64,000 bases of DNA from an uncultured Clostridium sp. (GCA_964620875.1 CAZUKK010000010.1:125-64124); one strand, 5' to 3'; positions 43,264 to 53,763 are shown, numbered from the stretch's first letter. Notes: a model not told the origin generated them from the sequence alone. Translations and numbers: made by a program.

Positions 43264-45300
43264 CTATTGATACAATTTAAATGCAATATCAATGCCTTTT
43301 TGTATTAAGCTTTTAACTGAATCATATTCAGCATTCAGTGCTGCAATTTCTGCATCCAAATTCTTAGATTTAATATCGATTGAATCTTCTTTATAAGTCA
43401 ATTCAGCTTTTTTTGCAGTAAATTCAGCCTCTGCTCTTGCAATAGCGTCTGTATCTGTAACTTCAACCAGATATTTAACCTGGTTATAACGAGTTTGGTA
43501 ATAATAACCGTCTTCATTTAACGAGCTTAATGAATATCTGCCATCTTTTAATGCACTTTCAAGATATTCGCTATCAGTGATTGAAACATCTTCTCTCCAA
43601 CCGTGAGCAAGGATATTATTATATAATTGGTCGTAGAAATCAGCATTTCTGTCAACGTTAGTAATTTTTGCTAAATCTTCATCGTCTTGAGCAATATAAT
43701 AATAATCAGGATTTTGAGTTACAAATATAGATTCCTCAACAGATTTAACAACCAAATAAGAGGAATTCAATCCGCTCAAATAGTTATCATAATAGGTTAA
43801 GAATGAAGATAACATATTAGATAAGTTAACTGCAGCATATTTTCCGTCAGTATCTGTACAAATTGTATTATATTGACTTGAATATAAGAACGCACTATTT
43901 GAAGTTAAAGATTTATCTGTGTTTGAACCTAAGCTTGTAACTTTAGAAAACTGTCTTATTGTCATATAATAAGCAAAGTTCAACGCTTCTTTTGAAGCCT
44001 CGTCAAGATTTAAACCACGACCTGACAAATCTTCATCTGGAGAATATCCGAAAACTTTTGCAATTGTTTTGAATATGTCTTCTATATTTTTCGCAAAAGC
44101 TTTTGTATCTTCTACATCACCCTTGTTACAAACAAGAGTAATATCCTGAGCAAGTAAATCACCTATGGTAAGTTCTTTTAAATTACCTGCAGATGAAACT
44201 TTAAGGTCATTCACCATGATATTATAATTTGATTCAATTTTAGTACCACTGGTGTTAAACAAACTTGCTACAATAAAATCTTTATGTTTATTGCTGTATT
44301 CATTTTTATATTTTTCTCTATCAAAAATAATTTGCTCTGAAATCTTTTTTGCATAGTCATCAGCTGTAGCACCGTCAGGCAACACCCCATTACGAGCATA
44401 TGAAATCAAAGCTTGAAATTCTGTAACTTTATCTTTGTATTCTTGCTTGTCTTTATTTGCTTGATTTGCATTTTCATAATTTCTTAAATCTGACTGCAAT
44501 TGACCTACAACGTAGGTATTACCAACAATATTATTTTTAGCAACAGAAGAAATTAAATTATTTAATCTTTTCAATTCATTTTCATATTCCATTGTAGAGA
44601 TAGTACCAGCCGGAATTTTTTCATTGTCGGCTTTACCATTATTATAATTTTCTATATCTTTATCAGTAACAAGAGCATTCCAATCAATTTGCATTTGACC
44701 AAAATTTTCACTCATGATTAAATCAGTTAATTGCATAGCATTAACTGTTGATTTATCCATTGGTTCACCGCCGACACCTGCAAACGGATTCCAAGTTTTT
44801 ACACCTGTAGGACCGTTAACACCTGTTCCAAGCTCGATAGCACCATTTACATATTTAACATTATCATAATCTGTCTGCGTAATAGCTTGAGCTGTTTCTT
44901 TTGTTATTACTCCTGCACCTGATAATGCTGCTATAAATTTATCTCTTTGTTCTTGAGAACCGAAACCGCCACATTTTGAGATTCCTGCAGCTTTAGCTGC
45001 TGCTGCGTATTCGTTATTCAAAACAACTGATCCTGATTTAGTTGTAATTAAATAAGGGTTATAATCATTAGCCGCAGAAGGCATCATAAGCAAGTTATAA
45101 TTCATATCAATATCTGCAACAGTTTCATTTGACCAAATTAGTTTTGTTGCATTCATAGCATTAGAATAGTCATTAGAAATAGCCGCCAACTGATTTGTAA
45201 TATTCAGCTTTTGCTGAGCCAAATCTGTTGATTTGTATTCACAGTTAGCTTTTCTAGCTGTTAATCCTAAAAATCTAGCTTGTGAAGCTGCCAATCCCAT
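43264..45300 (-). CDS. uncharacterised protein with conserved coiled-coil N- and C-termini and a variable core (paralogue of 16081-17526)
   Basis: The N-terminus MGLAASQARFLGLTARKANCEYKSTDLAQQKLNI and the C-terminus AIARAEAEFTAKKAEL...YDSVKSLIQKGIDIAFKLY align with the 481-aa protein. Confidence 0.7.
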   Translation of the reverse strand: MGLAASQARFLGLTARKANCEYKSTDLAQQKLNITNQLAAISNDYSNAMNATKLIWSNETVADIDMNYNLLMMPSAANDYNPYLITTKSGSVVLNNEYAAAAKAAGISKCGGFGSQEQRDKFIAALSGAGVITKETAQAITQTDYDNVKYVNGAIELGTGVNGPTGVKTWNPFAGVGGEPMDKSTVNAMQLTDLIMSENFGQMQIDWNALVTDKDIENYNNGKADNEKIPAGTISTMEYENELKRLNNLISSVAKNNIVGNTYVVGQLQSDLRNYENANQANKDKQEYKDKVTEFQALISYARNGVLPDGATADDYAKKISEQIIFDREKYKNEYSNKHKDFIVASLFNTSGTKIESNYNIMVNDLKVSSAGNLKELTIGDLLAQDITLVCNKGDVEDTKAFAKNIEDIFKTIAKVFGYSPDEDLSGRGLNLDEASKEALNFAYYMTIRQFSKVTSLGSNTDKSLTSNSAFLYSSQYNTICTDTDGKYAAVNLSNMLSSFLTYYDNYLSGLNSSYLVVKSVEESIFVTQNPDYYYIAQDDEDLAKITNVDRNADFYDQLYNNILAHGWREDVSITDSEYLESALKDGRYSLSSLNEDGYYYQTRYNQVKYLVEVTDTDAIARAEAEFTAKKAELTYKEDSIDIKSKNLDAEIAALNAEYDSVKSLIQKGIDIAFKLYQ

Positions 45301-45348
45301 AAGTTTTCGTAATCCTTTCGACTTTAGTCATTCCTTGCTTTACTCATG

Positions 45349-45375
45349 ATTACGACATTTTTCTTTAATTCTTTA
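45349..45375 (-). promoter_or_regulatory. weak sigma-28-like promoter candidate
   Basis: Minus strand reads TAAAGAAT, 11 nt, GTCGTAAT. There are two mismatches in the -10 element, which ends 48 nt from the ATG. Confidence 0.25.
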
Positions 45376-45495
45376 GGATTTTAAAAGAAATATTAAGTTT
45401 TTGTTACAATAATTTTTACTTTAAATTACCGAATTAAGTATTAACAATTTATCCTAATATGAAATTTATGTTATGATAGTATCAAAGGTAGGAAA

Positions 45496-46566
45496 ATGAG
45501 TATTATAGCAGATGATAATGATTTTAACTCAATAACTCCGGTTCAGAAAAAAAATCCTGTAGTAAAACCGGAAGCTATTGAATTGGATAAAAACTTTGAA
45601 AACTGTATCCGACCAAAATCATTTGATACATATATCGGACAATCTGCCCTAAAAGATACTTTAAAAATAACCATTCAAGCAGCAAAGAAAAGAGAATTAC
45701 CGCTTGACCATTTATTATTCTACGGTCCGCCGGGACTTGGAAAAACCACATTGGCAGGTGTAATTGCGCAGGAAATGGGTGTTGATATAAAAATTACCTC
45801 TGCTCCTGCACTTGAAAGACCTCGTGATATCATCGGAATTTTGATGTCATTACAAGGAGGCGAAATTCTTTTTATTGATGAAATTCACAGACTCAACAAG
45901 GTTGCTGAAGAAATTTTGTATCCGGCAATGGAAGATTTTTACCTTGATATGACAACTGGAAAAAGCCAAACTGTTAAAACTTTACGAGTACCATTACCGA
46001 AATTTACATTAATTGGTGCAACAACCAAAGCCGGAGAACTTTCAGGTCCTTTAAGAGACAGATTTGGAATTATTCACAGACTTGAATTTTATACCAATTC
46101 AGAACTTTCTCAAGTTATCAAACGAACAGCGAATATTTTAGATATTGATATTGACGAAGCAGGTGCATACGCAATTGCACAACGTTCCAGAGGAACTCCT
46201 CGTATTGCCAACAGACTTATCAAAAGAGTCAGCGATTACGCCATCGTTAAACATAACGGAAAAATTAATGAAAGAATTGCAAATGAGTCTCTTGATATTC
46301 TAAAAATTGATGAATTCGGACTGGATACAACAGACAGAAATCTTTTACAATTAATCATAGAAAAATACGACGGAGGTCCGGTCGGAATTGAAACAATAGC
46401 CGCAGCGATAGGAGAAGATTCAAGAACTTTGGAAGATGTTTGCGAACCGTTTTTATTACAAGCAGGCTTGTTACAAAGAACACCTCGAGGCAGAAAGGTT
46501 TCACCTGAGGGCTATAGACATCTTGGATACAAAACCCAAAATTCTTCACAACAATCTTTATTTTAA
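45496..46566 (+). CDS. ruvB: Holliday junction branch migration ATPase RuvB
   Basis: LRPKSFDTYIGQ, GPPGLGKTTLA, LFIDEIHRL and RGTPRIANRLIKRV. Confidence 0.95.
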   Translation: MSIIADDNDFNSITPVQKKNPVVKPEAIELDKNFENCIRPKSFDTYIGQSALKDTLKITIQAAKKRELPLDHLLFYGPPGLGKTTLAGVIAQEMGVDIKITSAPALERPRDIIGILMSLQGGEILFIDEIHRLNKVAEEILYPAMEDFYLDMTTGKSQTVKTLRVPLPKFTLIGATTKAGELSGPLRDRFGIIHRLEFYTNSELSQVIKRTANILDIDIDEAGAYAIAQRSRGTPRIANRLIKRVSDYAIVKHNGKINERIANESLDILKIDEFGLDTTDRNLLQLIIEKYDGGPVGIETIAAAIGEDSRTLEDVCEPFLLQAGLLQRTPRGRKVSPEGYRHLGYKTQNSSQQSLF

Positions 46567-46639
46567 ATTTTTATACACTAGCAAAAAATATTTTATTTCT
46601 TTTTCTAATAAATAGTAAAACTTCACAGGTAAAATTTAT

Positions 46640-47044
46640 ATGGAAATCAGAAATAATATCTCAAACAACCGCACTGCATTTGGTGCGAAATTTGTACACA
46701 CAGAAGACTTAAAACAAATCGTTGACTATGCTGTCGCTCATGACAAATTTGAAAAACTAAATACAGCAAGAAAAAATATTGATAGTTCATACTTAAAAGT
46801 AAGACTTAAGGTTGAACTCACAACAAATGAAAAAGGGTTTCCTACTCTAAAAATCACCAGATATGTACCAAAACATGATCTTGTTGCCAGAACATTTGAT
46901 GATTATGAAGCAGCAAAAGTCATAGAATATCGAGCTGAAAAACGAACCAATCCACTAAAATTTGCATTAGAAAGAATTATAAAACTCGGCAATAGTGCAC
47001 CTCATGGCAATATGTATAAAAGGGTAGTTGCAAAACCTAACTAA
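46640..47044 (+). CDS. hypothetical protein
   Basis: 134-aa ORF. The N-terminus MEIRNNISNNRTAFGAKF resembles the leaders of neighbouring unknown proteins. Confidence 0.45.
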   Translation: MEIRNNISNNRTAFGAKFVHTEDLKQIVDYAVAHDKFEKLNTARKNIDSSYLKVRLKVELTTNEKGFPTLKITRYVPKHDLVARTFDDYEAAKVIEYRAEKRTNPLKFALERIIKLGNSAPHGNMYKRVVAKPN

Positions 47045-47692
47045 TTACTCTTTTACAAGAACCACATCGCCTCTTTTAACCTGTGAAGCTAATTCTACAA
47101 TAACCTCGTTATCCATACGAATACAACCGCCTGAAGCATGAGTTCCTAAGCTTGAAGGTTTGTTATTTCCGTGAATAAATTCTCCGTTAGACCAAGTTTC
47201 TCCGGTTTTTGTATTAAGCATTTCAAGCATAATTATTTTCGGACCATAATCTTTCGGATGTTTTCGTCTTTTTGTTGAAGCAGGAGCACTTCGATAAGGA
47301 TAAGTTTCAACATGTGTTACAACCCTTGCGCCAAGAGTTGTCGGAGTTGAAGCCTTACCGCTTGCAACAGAATATGCAATTTCCGCTTCGCCATCCTTAT
47401 TATATTTGTACAAAATATTATTAGTAATATCTACAACAATAACAGCTTTTCGTTTTTTCCCCTGAACAACAACTTCAGGACTTGGAGCGTTTGCTAATAC
47501 CGCTTCATCAACTGTTCCCTTTGGTGAAACCTTTTGTGTTTGTTGAGTTTGAGTATATTCAAAAGTATCACCCTGAACAGAATTACTGTTAGATGCCAAA
47601 AGCGGAGCAGCCGCAATTGAACTGCCTGCAACAAGTGCAAGCGTAAAATTTCTTGTTATTCGAGGTAAATTCATTATTTTTCCAATACTCAC
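47045..47692 (-). CDS. L,D-transpeptidase (YkuD domain), secreted
   Basis: FIHGNNKPSSLGTHASGGCIRMDNE carries the catalytic His...Cys motif. An N-terminal signal/anchor is present. Confidence 0.8.
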   Translation of the reverse strand: MSIGKIMNLPRITRNFTLALVAGSSIAAAPLLASNSNSVQGDTFEYTQTQQTQKVSPKGTVDEAVLANAPSPEVVVQGKKRKAVIVVDITNNILYKYNKDGEAEIAYSVASGKASTPTTLGARVVTHVETYPYRSAPASTKRRKHPKDYGPKIIMLEMLNTKTGETWSNGEFIHGNNKPSSLGTHASGGCIRMDNEVIVELASQVKRGDVVLVKE

Positions 47693-47732
47693 ATTTCTAT
47701 AAAACCACAGACAAATTATTTTTTGATATTTT

Positions 47733-50201
47733 TTGAGAATAAATTTACCTAAATTTACTAAAATACCACTTTATGATAAACTTTTATGGGGAGAAACAAG
47801 CTTAAATATGGTTGACAATCTTGATAAAATAAAAGCCGCAATAGATATTGAAATTAAATACCGCTATATTGACATCCATGGGAAAACTCAAAAATTTTCA
47901 AGCTTTATCAAAAATGAGGCAAAAAAAAACTATAAAAATTCAAACAAAAATCCTCGCTGGGCAGTAGTAATGGAAGCGTTCGAGGTTTATCCATATTCAT
48001 CTGTTCCTGACAGACGTAAAGCCATTGAACACCTGATTAAAGTAATAAAAGCCGATTTACAACAAGAACGTAATGCAAAACAAGAAGAAGAAACAATGCA
48101 ACTTCAAAGACTCAAACATCCATCTGAAGTTGATGTAATGTATATAAAAGGTGTCGGTCCAAAAGTTGCATATAAATTTAACAAACTCGGAATATTTACT
48201 GCTCAGGATTTAATGATGTATTTCCCCAAAAAACATATTGATTACTCCTCAAGAACACTGATTAAAAATTTAAAAGAAGGACAAACTACAACCGTTTTCG
48301 GCTACATAAAATCCGTTTCAACATTTAATACCAGAAATAATCTTGCAGTTACAAAAGTTGTAATTGCCGATGAAAGCGGGAAATTTGAACTGAGTTTTTT
48401 TAATGCAAAAGGAAATAAATATGTCCTGCAGCGAATGAAATCACAATTTCCGCAAAATGCAGGAATTATAGTCTCAGGTGTTGTAAAATATAACTCTTAC
48501 GACAATAAGTTAACCATGGATAAACCGACATATTCAATTATGAGCGGGGAATTTTTGGAAGAAAAACAAAACAACTTAAATCTTGCAAGAATTGTCCCAA
48601 TTTATACGGTTTGCGAAGGTTTAAGTATTAAAACTCTGAGAAAAGCTATCTTCAATGCAATTGAACTTTACAAAAATGATATTAAAAATATCATCCCTGA
48701 TAACATTCGTGAACGGCTCGGAATAATGGATAAAAAAACTGCAGTTGAACAAATCCATTTCCCGAAATCTATCAATAATCTTGAGCATGCAAGATTTTCA
48801 TTAATCTTTGAAGAATTATTTTTAGTACAATTAAAACTTGTCCGCCTCAGAGAAAATACAGCAAAAAACACCTCCTCTTATGCACTAAAAGTTCATAAAG
48901 ACGGACTTGTACAAAAATTTATAAAAAGTCTGCCTTTTGAATTGACAACAGGACAGAAAAACGCAATTAACGAAATCTTAAACGACATGAATTCAGAAAC
49001 CCCAATGCAAAGACTCCTGCAAGGAGATGTCGGAAGCGGAAAAACTGTCGTTGCAACAATCATGCTTCTTGCCGGCATTGAAAATGGTTACCAAGGTGCA
49101 CTTATGTCGCCAACCGAAATTCTTGCCCAGCAACATTATAACAATTTAGTCCAATGGTTAACTCCGATGGGACTTAGTGTCGGATTATTTTTGGGAAGCC
49201 ACGGGAAAAAAGTTCGTCAAAAATTTGAAACCGATTTGAAAAACGGACAAACTCATATTGCTGTCGGTACACATGCACTTATTCAGGAAAACGTTGAATT
49301 TAACAATCTTGGAGCAATTGTTGTAGATGAACAACACAGATTTGGGGTAAAACAAAGAAATGTTCTCAAAAAGAAATCCCATAATCCCCAAATACTCACA
49401 ATGACAGCAACACCAATACCACGAACATTAGCCATGACAGTCCACGGAGATTTGGATTTAACAATAATAGATGAACTACCAAAAGGCAGAAAGCCTATAA
49501 TTACAACACTGACAGGCTCTCATAAACAAGTTTGGGATTTAATACGTCAAGAAGTTAACCAAGGAAGACAAGCCTACATTGTATATCCACTAATTGATGA
49601 AAGCGAAACTCTGTCTGCAAAAGCCGCAACTCAAGAAGCTGAACGACTTCAAAATGAAGTATTTCCGGAATATAAAATAGGACTGCTACATGGTAAACTC
49701 AAAAACGACGAAAAAGATAAAGTAATGAAAGAATTTAAAGACGGGAAATACAATATTTTGGTCTCAACAACAGTTGTAGAAGTCGGGGTTGATGTTCCAA
49801 ATGCAACAGTTATGGTAATTGAGAATGCCGAAAGATTTGGGCTTTCGCAACTACACCAATTAAGAGGTCGTGTCGGCAGAAATTCACTACAATCATACTG
49901 CATATTGATAACATCTTCCAAAACTCAAGAAACCCGTGAACGTTTGAGTATTATGACCCAAACTAACGACGGATTTGTCATAGCTGAAAAAGATCTTCAA
50001 TTAAGAGGTCCTGGAGAATTTCTTGGAACTCGCCAAAGCGGATTACCTGATTTAATAATCTCAGACATTGTTCGAGATGCAAAAATCCTTGAAATTGCAA
50101 GAAATGAAGCCCTTGATTTTGTAAAAAATAACAATATAGAAGATTTTCCACTTCTGCAAAACGTAACTTCTCTTGAAATGTTCACAGGACTGGACATTTA
50201 G
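47733..50201 (+). CDS. recG: ATP-dependent DNA helicase RecG
   Basis: Wedge/OB region followed by GDVGSGKT, VVDEQHRFGV, MTATPIPRT and LHQLRGRVGR. The track start is TTG. The true start is uncertain and may be the ATG at 47808. Confidence 0.9.
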   Translation: MRINLPKFTKIPLYDKLLWGETSLNMVDNLDKIKAAIDIEIKYRYIDIHGKTQKFSSFIKNEAKKNYKNSNKNPRWAVVMEAFEVYPYSSVPDRRKAIEHLIKVIKADLQQERNAKQEEETMQLQRLKHPSEVDVMYIKGVGPKVAYKFNKLGIFTAQDLMMYFPKKHIDYSSRTLIKNLKEGQTTTVFGYIKSVSTFNTRNNLAVTKVVIADESGKFELSFFNAKGNKYVLQRMKSQFPQNAGIIVSGVVKYNSYDNKLTMDKPTYSIMSGEFLEEKQNNLNLARIVPIYTVCEGLSIKTLRKAIFNAIELYKNDIKNIIPDNIRERLGIMDKKTAVEQIHFPKSINNLEHARFSLIFEELFLVQLKLVRLRENTAKNTSSYALKVHKDGLVQKFIKSLPFELTTGQKNAINEILNDMNSETPMQRLLQGDVGSGKTVVATIMLLAGIENGYQGALMSPTEILAQQHYNNLVQWLTPMGLSVGLFLGSHGKKVRQKFETDLKNGQTHIAVGTHALIQENVEFNNLGAIVVDEQHRFGVKQRNVLKKKSHNPQILTMTATPIPRTLAMTVHGDLDLTIIDELPKGRKPIITTLTGSHKQVWDLIRQEVNQGRQAYIVYPLIDESETLSAKAATQEAERLQNEVFPEYKIGLLHGKLKNDEKDKVMKEFKDGKYNILVSTTVVEVGVDVPNATVMVIENAERFGLSQLHQLRGRVGRNSLQSYCILITSSKTQETRERLSIMTQTNDGFVIAEKDLQLRGPGEFLGTRQSGLPDLIISDIVRDAKILEIARNEALDFVKNNNIEDFPLLQNVTSLEMFTGLDI

Positions 50202-50251
50202 TGTGTGGTGGGGGTAAATATTTATCACTAACCCTTAAATCTGCCTGTATC

Positions 50252-50330
50252 ATCCTGAACATGTTTCAGACTATTTATTGGGCTGAAAGCCCAACCTCCC
50301 CCCTGATTCCGAAACAAGTTCGGAATGACA
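50252..50330. repeat. cluster of REP-like hairpins in a convergent intergenic region
   Basis: GATTCCGAAACAAGTTCGGAATGACA (50305-50330) has an 8-bp stem. TTGGGC-TGAAA-GCCCAA lies at 50278-50294 and a degenerate copy at 50252-50271. A related copy is at 61673-61698. Confidence 0.55.
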
Positions 50331-50334
50331 TTAA

Positions 50335-50751
50335 TTAATAAATTATTTGAACATTAACTTTTCTTGCTCTTGCCTTGTTATCAAAATCAACAAGAACAAC
50401 CTGCTGCCATTGCCCAAGCTGTAAAACTCCGTCAATCAAAGGAACATGAGTTGAGTTTCCGACAATAGAAGCCCTAACGTGTGCATATCCGTTACCGTCA
50501 TGCCACATCTCATCATGGTGATAATTTTTATCAACAGGTGCAATTCTTTCTAATGCTTCGGGCAAATCTACCAACAATCCAGGTTCAAATTCAATATTTG
50601 TAACAGAAACCGTACTTCCTTGAGCATAAACAAATACCACGGCATTTTGCAGTCCATGATTGTACACAACATTTCTAATTTGCGGCGTAATATCTATTAT
50701 ATCGGTATTCCCCTTTGTATGAACAGTAAAAATATCATTTATTATAGTCAT
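50335..50751 (-). CDS. yjbQ: YjbQ/UPF0047 family protein (secondary thiamine-phosphate synthase-like)
   Basis: ITPQIRNVV...VFVYAQGSTVSVTNIEFEPGL..DL...ERIAP....YHHD......NGYAHVRASIVG fits the UPF0047 pattern. The start is trimmed to MTIIND. Confidence 0.75.
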   Translation of the reverse strand: MTIINDIFTVHTKGNTDIIDITPQIRNVVYNHGLQNAVVFVYAQGSTVSVTNIEFEPGLLVDLPEALERIAPVDKNYHHDEMWHDGNGYAHVRASIVGNSTHVPLIDGVLQLGQWQQVVLVDFDNKARARKVNVQIIY

Positions 50752-50830
50752 AATTAAACATATACCCCTTTTTATGCAATTGTAGAAAGAACAACCTAAG
50801 ATTGCAAGCATATTTAAATATTATTAAATA

Positions 50831-50858
50831 AAAAAAGCCCCGCTTTTGCGGGGAAAAA
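50831..50858 (-). terminator. Rho-independent terminator
   Basis: CCCCGC-TTTT-GCGGGG, with a T-run on the minus strand (A-run at 50831-50837 on plus). Confidence 0.7.
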
Positions 50859-51021
50859 TCTTTTTAGGAATTAGGAATAGGAAATTGTCTCTCTTTATTT
50901 AAACGGTATTAAAAATCTCTCTCTTAGTATCTCTCGTGTTTATTTAATGTTTACATATATATAAAGTATATAATAAAGTATATATTTCAATAGCTTGATT
51001 TTTTGTTACATTTCGTAATGT

Positions 51022-53763
51022 TTATGTTGCAGTTCGTCTCATCCAAGATGCAAATTTATCAATTCCATTCGCCGTAGCATCCTCTGCCAAGAACTTATCT
51101 GCACCATTAAATCCAAGAGCATTAGCTCCTGCGGAAAGTGATTCATCAACTGCAGTTTCAGAAAGCTGCTCACCCGCAGCATTAACAGTTGAAGTAGTAA
51201 CTCTACCTGCAGTTTGATTTCCGGTAAACTTAGTTACCCGACTACCGATAGAATTTGCAGCTGAATTATATCCACCAGTAACCTTTCCAACACCTCTAAT
51301 CATTGGAGCACCTTTGACTACACCAAAAGTTAATCCGGCAACTGCACCGTCAACTGCATTTTCACCCATAATTCCTTTAAATTCATCCATACTCAAACCA
51401 TTTTTACTAGATGCTCTGTCTGAAGCATCAACCGCAGTTCCCACAAGAAATGTCGTACCTCCGGTAACAGCCATACCGGTAAGAATTGCCGCTGCGCCTG
51501 TTCCACCGGTACAAGCCCCAACCGCAATCGCAGCACCAACTTTCACTGTTGTTTTAACAACTGCAGCACCTGTTTCTTGAGATTGATTATATTTTGCAAC
51601 TCGAGTACCAATATCATTTTTAGTACCAAATGCTTTTTTATAATTTGCAGGTGTCGGATTTTTATAATATAGTGCTATAGCCTGTTGATTGTACTCTACA
51701 CCATATATTTCTTTGAACTTAGCTTTAAATTGAGCTTCACCTTGACTTGCAGCTGTTTTTAGAGCATTTATATTTTGACGATATGCTTTTAAATCCTCTC
51801 TGACACGACTTGCGGTATTTCCTGTACTTATACCTAAAGCGTCTCCAATAGGATTATTCCATATTTTTGAAACTCCATCTGCAGTATCTCCAGCCCAACC
51901 ATCTCTAGCCATTTGCGCATCAAAAGCTGCCTGCGCACTGTTCAACTCATTTTCAATCAAGGCTACGGTAGTTGTTTGAGCCATTTTAACATCAGTTGAA
52001 ATTGCATAATATTCTTGATCAATACAAACACCATTTTTAGATAAAATATGAGTTTTACCTTTGCTATCTATAACAGAAGAAGAACCATCCGGCAAATCAC
52101 CTACTTTTACAAACTTCCAAGTTTCAGTTTTTAAAGAACCGTCAGGTTGTCGAACGTTTATTTTACCATTTATTTTTTCACCATTATCATATAAATTAGT
52201 TAAGGAAACATATTCTTGTTTTAAAACATGACCATCATGAGAAATAGTAACAATTTCACCATTTGCTGATTTTGCAAGTTGTCGTTCTCTGCCGCATTGT
52301 CCTATTACAGTGTAAGTATTACCGTCAGATGCCGTAATTTTTGTACCTCTGCCTTGAGTATTTACCATACCCATAGCTTTATATTGAGCTTCTCTAGCTG
52401 TTGCTTCGGCATATTTTTGCTGTTCTTCTAAAGCAGAACCTCTTTTTATCAAGTTTTTATTATCTGCTTCAAGATGTTTTCCAGGAACAGTAATTTCTTC
52501 ACCTACCAAAAAGTACTGATTAGGTGCTTTACCTTTAACTTTATCTGAATTCGCTGCAAGCAAATCTTGAACCGAACATCCGAATTTTTGAGCAATCGCT
52601 GCCGGAGCTTCATTATTTTGGACAATAACTTTTGTACCATCACCATCATATTCTACTGAATATTCTTTACCATTAATAGTTTTTACCTGTGCTAAAGGTG
52701 TACCGTCATTTGAATATAGATTTTGAACTTCATTACCGTTAGCATCAGTTGTTTTATCTAAATATCCGTTTTCATAATATTGACGGTGAATTGCAGGTTT
52801 ACCATCCTCTTGAATTTCTTCTGACATCGGCACACCGCCAGAACTCAAAGTTCTAACGGTAGTTTTACCATTCTCTGTTATTGTTTGAGTAATCGTGCCA
52901 CTTTCATTATATGTAAATTCGGATTTTTTCTCTTTTGCAGGTATACCTTCATTTTCAACTTGTGATTTTAGAACCGGTTGACCATTTTCGTCGTATTCAA
53001 AATGTTGACTTACAATACCTTTTTTAGTATCCATTGCAACTTGATTACCGCTTTCGTCATAAGTTATGGTTGCTGTACTATTATCCGTTGTATCTGTAAT
53101 AACAGTTTTTACAGGCGTACTTCCATCAGAACCAAATTCCGTAACCGAATTTTGATTTCCGACAGTCTCAGTCATTTTTGCCGGAGTTTTTCCATCTGCG
53201 GCAAACTCAATAGTTGCTGAACGTTCCTCAGATTTAAAACTCGAAGAAACAAGTGTACCATCACTTGTTTTTACTTCCGTTTCTGCAACACCCTCGGCAT
53301 CCGTTTTTGTTGTTGTAACATTACCTGTTTTTGAATCAACAGCAACAGATTCTGTTGTATTATCTTTATATTTTACCGTTACAGTTTTTACACCATTTTC
53401 TTCTGTTGTTTCAGAAGATGCTATATTTTCTGTATTTGCACCATATTCTTGTAAAAACTGCAACATCTCAGCTTGGTTTTGTTTTTTATCAACTTTTCCA
53501 CCATTTGGATTGAAAAATGACGACATTTTTTCAAAATATTTATCTACTTCTTTTTTCTCTACGCTACCATCCCCATTCTCATCCAAATTCTTTTGGAATG
53601 CTTCTAATTCGGATTTGTCTAACACTCCATTTTTATCGGAGTCAATTGAATCAAAAATAGATTTTTGCGCATCAGTTTTTAATGCATCACGCTTCAAGCC
53701 TGCACCAAAACTATTAAAATCTATTTGCGATTTTTTACCAAAATTAATCCCGTTTGTTGACAT
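51022..53763 (-). CDS. large (913 aa) uncharacterised protein: two EF-hand loops, beta-rich YD-like repeats, LysM-like domain, C-terminal Gly/Ala-rich hydrophobic region
   Basis: EF loops are DSDKNGVLDKSE and DENGDGSVEKKE. Repeats include ITYDESGNQV, FEYDENGQPV, FTYNESGTI and DANGNEV. The LysM-like segment is VIVQNNEAPAAIAQKFGCSVQDLLAAN...VGEEITVPG. The hydrophobic region is VGAAIAVGACTGGTGAAAILTGMAVTGG. Confidence 0.65.
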   Translation of the reverse strand: MSTNGINFGKKSQIDFNSFGAGLKRDALKTDAQKSIFDSIDSDKNGVLDKSELEAFQKNLDENGDGSVEKKEVDKYFEKMSSFFNPNGGKVDKKQNQAEMLQFLQEYGANTENIASSETTEENGVKTVTVKYKDNTTESVAVDSKTGNVTTTKTDAEGVAETEVKTSDGTLVSSSFKSEERSATIEFAADGKTPAKMTETVGNQNSVTEFGSDGSTPVKTVITDTTDNSTATITYDESGNQVAMDTKKGIVSQHFEYDENGQPVLKSQVENEGIPAKEKKSEFTYNESGTITQTITENGKTTVRTLSSGGVPMSEEIQEDGKPAIHRQYYENGYLDKTTDANGNEVQNLYSNDGTPLAQVKTINGKEYSVEYDGDGTKVIVQNNEAPAAIAQKFGCSVQDLLAANSDKVKGKAPNQYFLVGEEITVPGKHLEADNKNLIKRGSALEEQQKYAEATAREAQYKAMGMVNTQGRGTKITASDGNTYTVIGQCGRERQLAKSANGEIVTISHDGHVLKQEYVSLTNLYDNGEKINGKINVRQPDGSLKTETWKFVKVGDLPDGSSSVIDSKGKTHILSKNGVCIDQEYYAISTDVKMAQTTTVALIENELNSAQAAFDAQMARDGWAGDTADGVSKIWNNPIGDALGISTGNTASRVREDLKAYRQNINALKTAASQGEAQFKAKFKEIYGVEYNQQAIALYYKNPTPANYKKAFGTKNDIGTRVAKYNQSQETGAAVVKTTVKVGAAIAVGACTGGTGAAAILTGMAVTGGTTFLVGTAVDASDRASSKNGLSMDEFKGIMGENAVDGAVAGLTFGVVKGAPMIRGVGKVTGGYNSAANSIGSRVTKFTGNQTAGRVTTSTVNAAGEQLSETAVDESLSAGANALGFNGADKFLAEDATANGIDKFASWMRRTAT

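Noticed and set aside
45307-45355. 8-bp inverted repeat TCGTAATC/GATTACGA as an RBS-occluding leader hairpin of the 678-aa gene
   Set aside because: The distal arm overlaps the candidate -10 box, so it would not be transcribed if that promoter is used. The stem is short and the evidence is insufficient.
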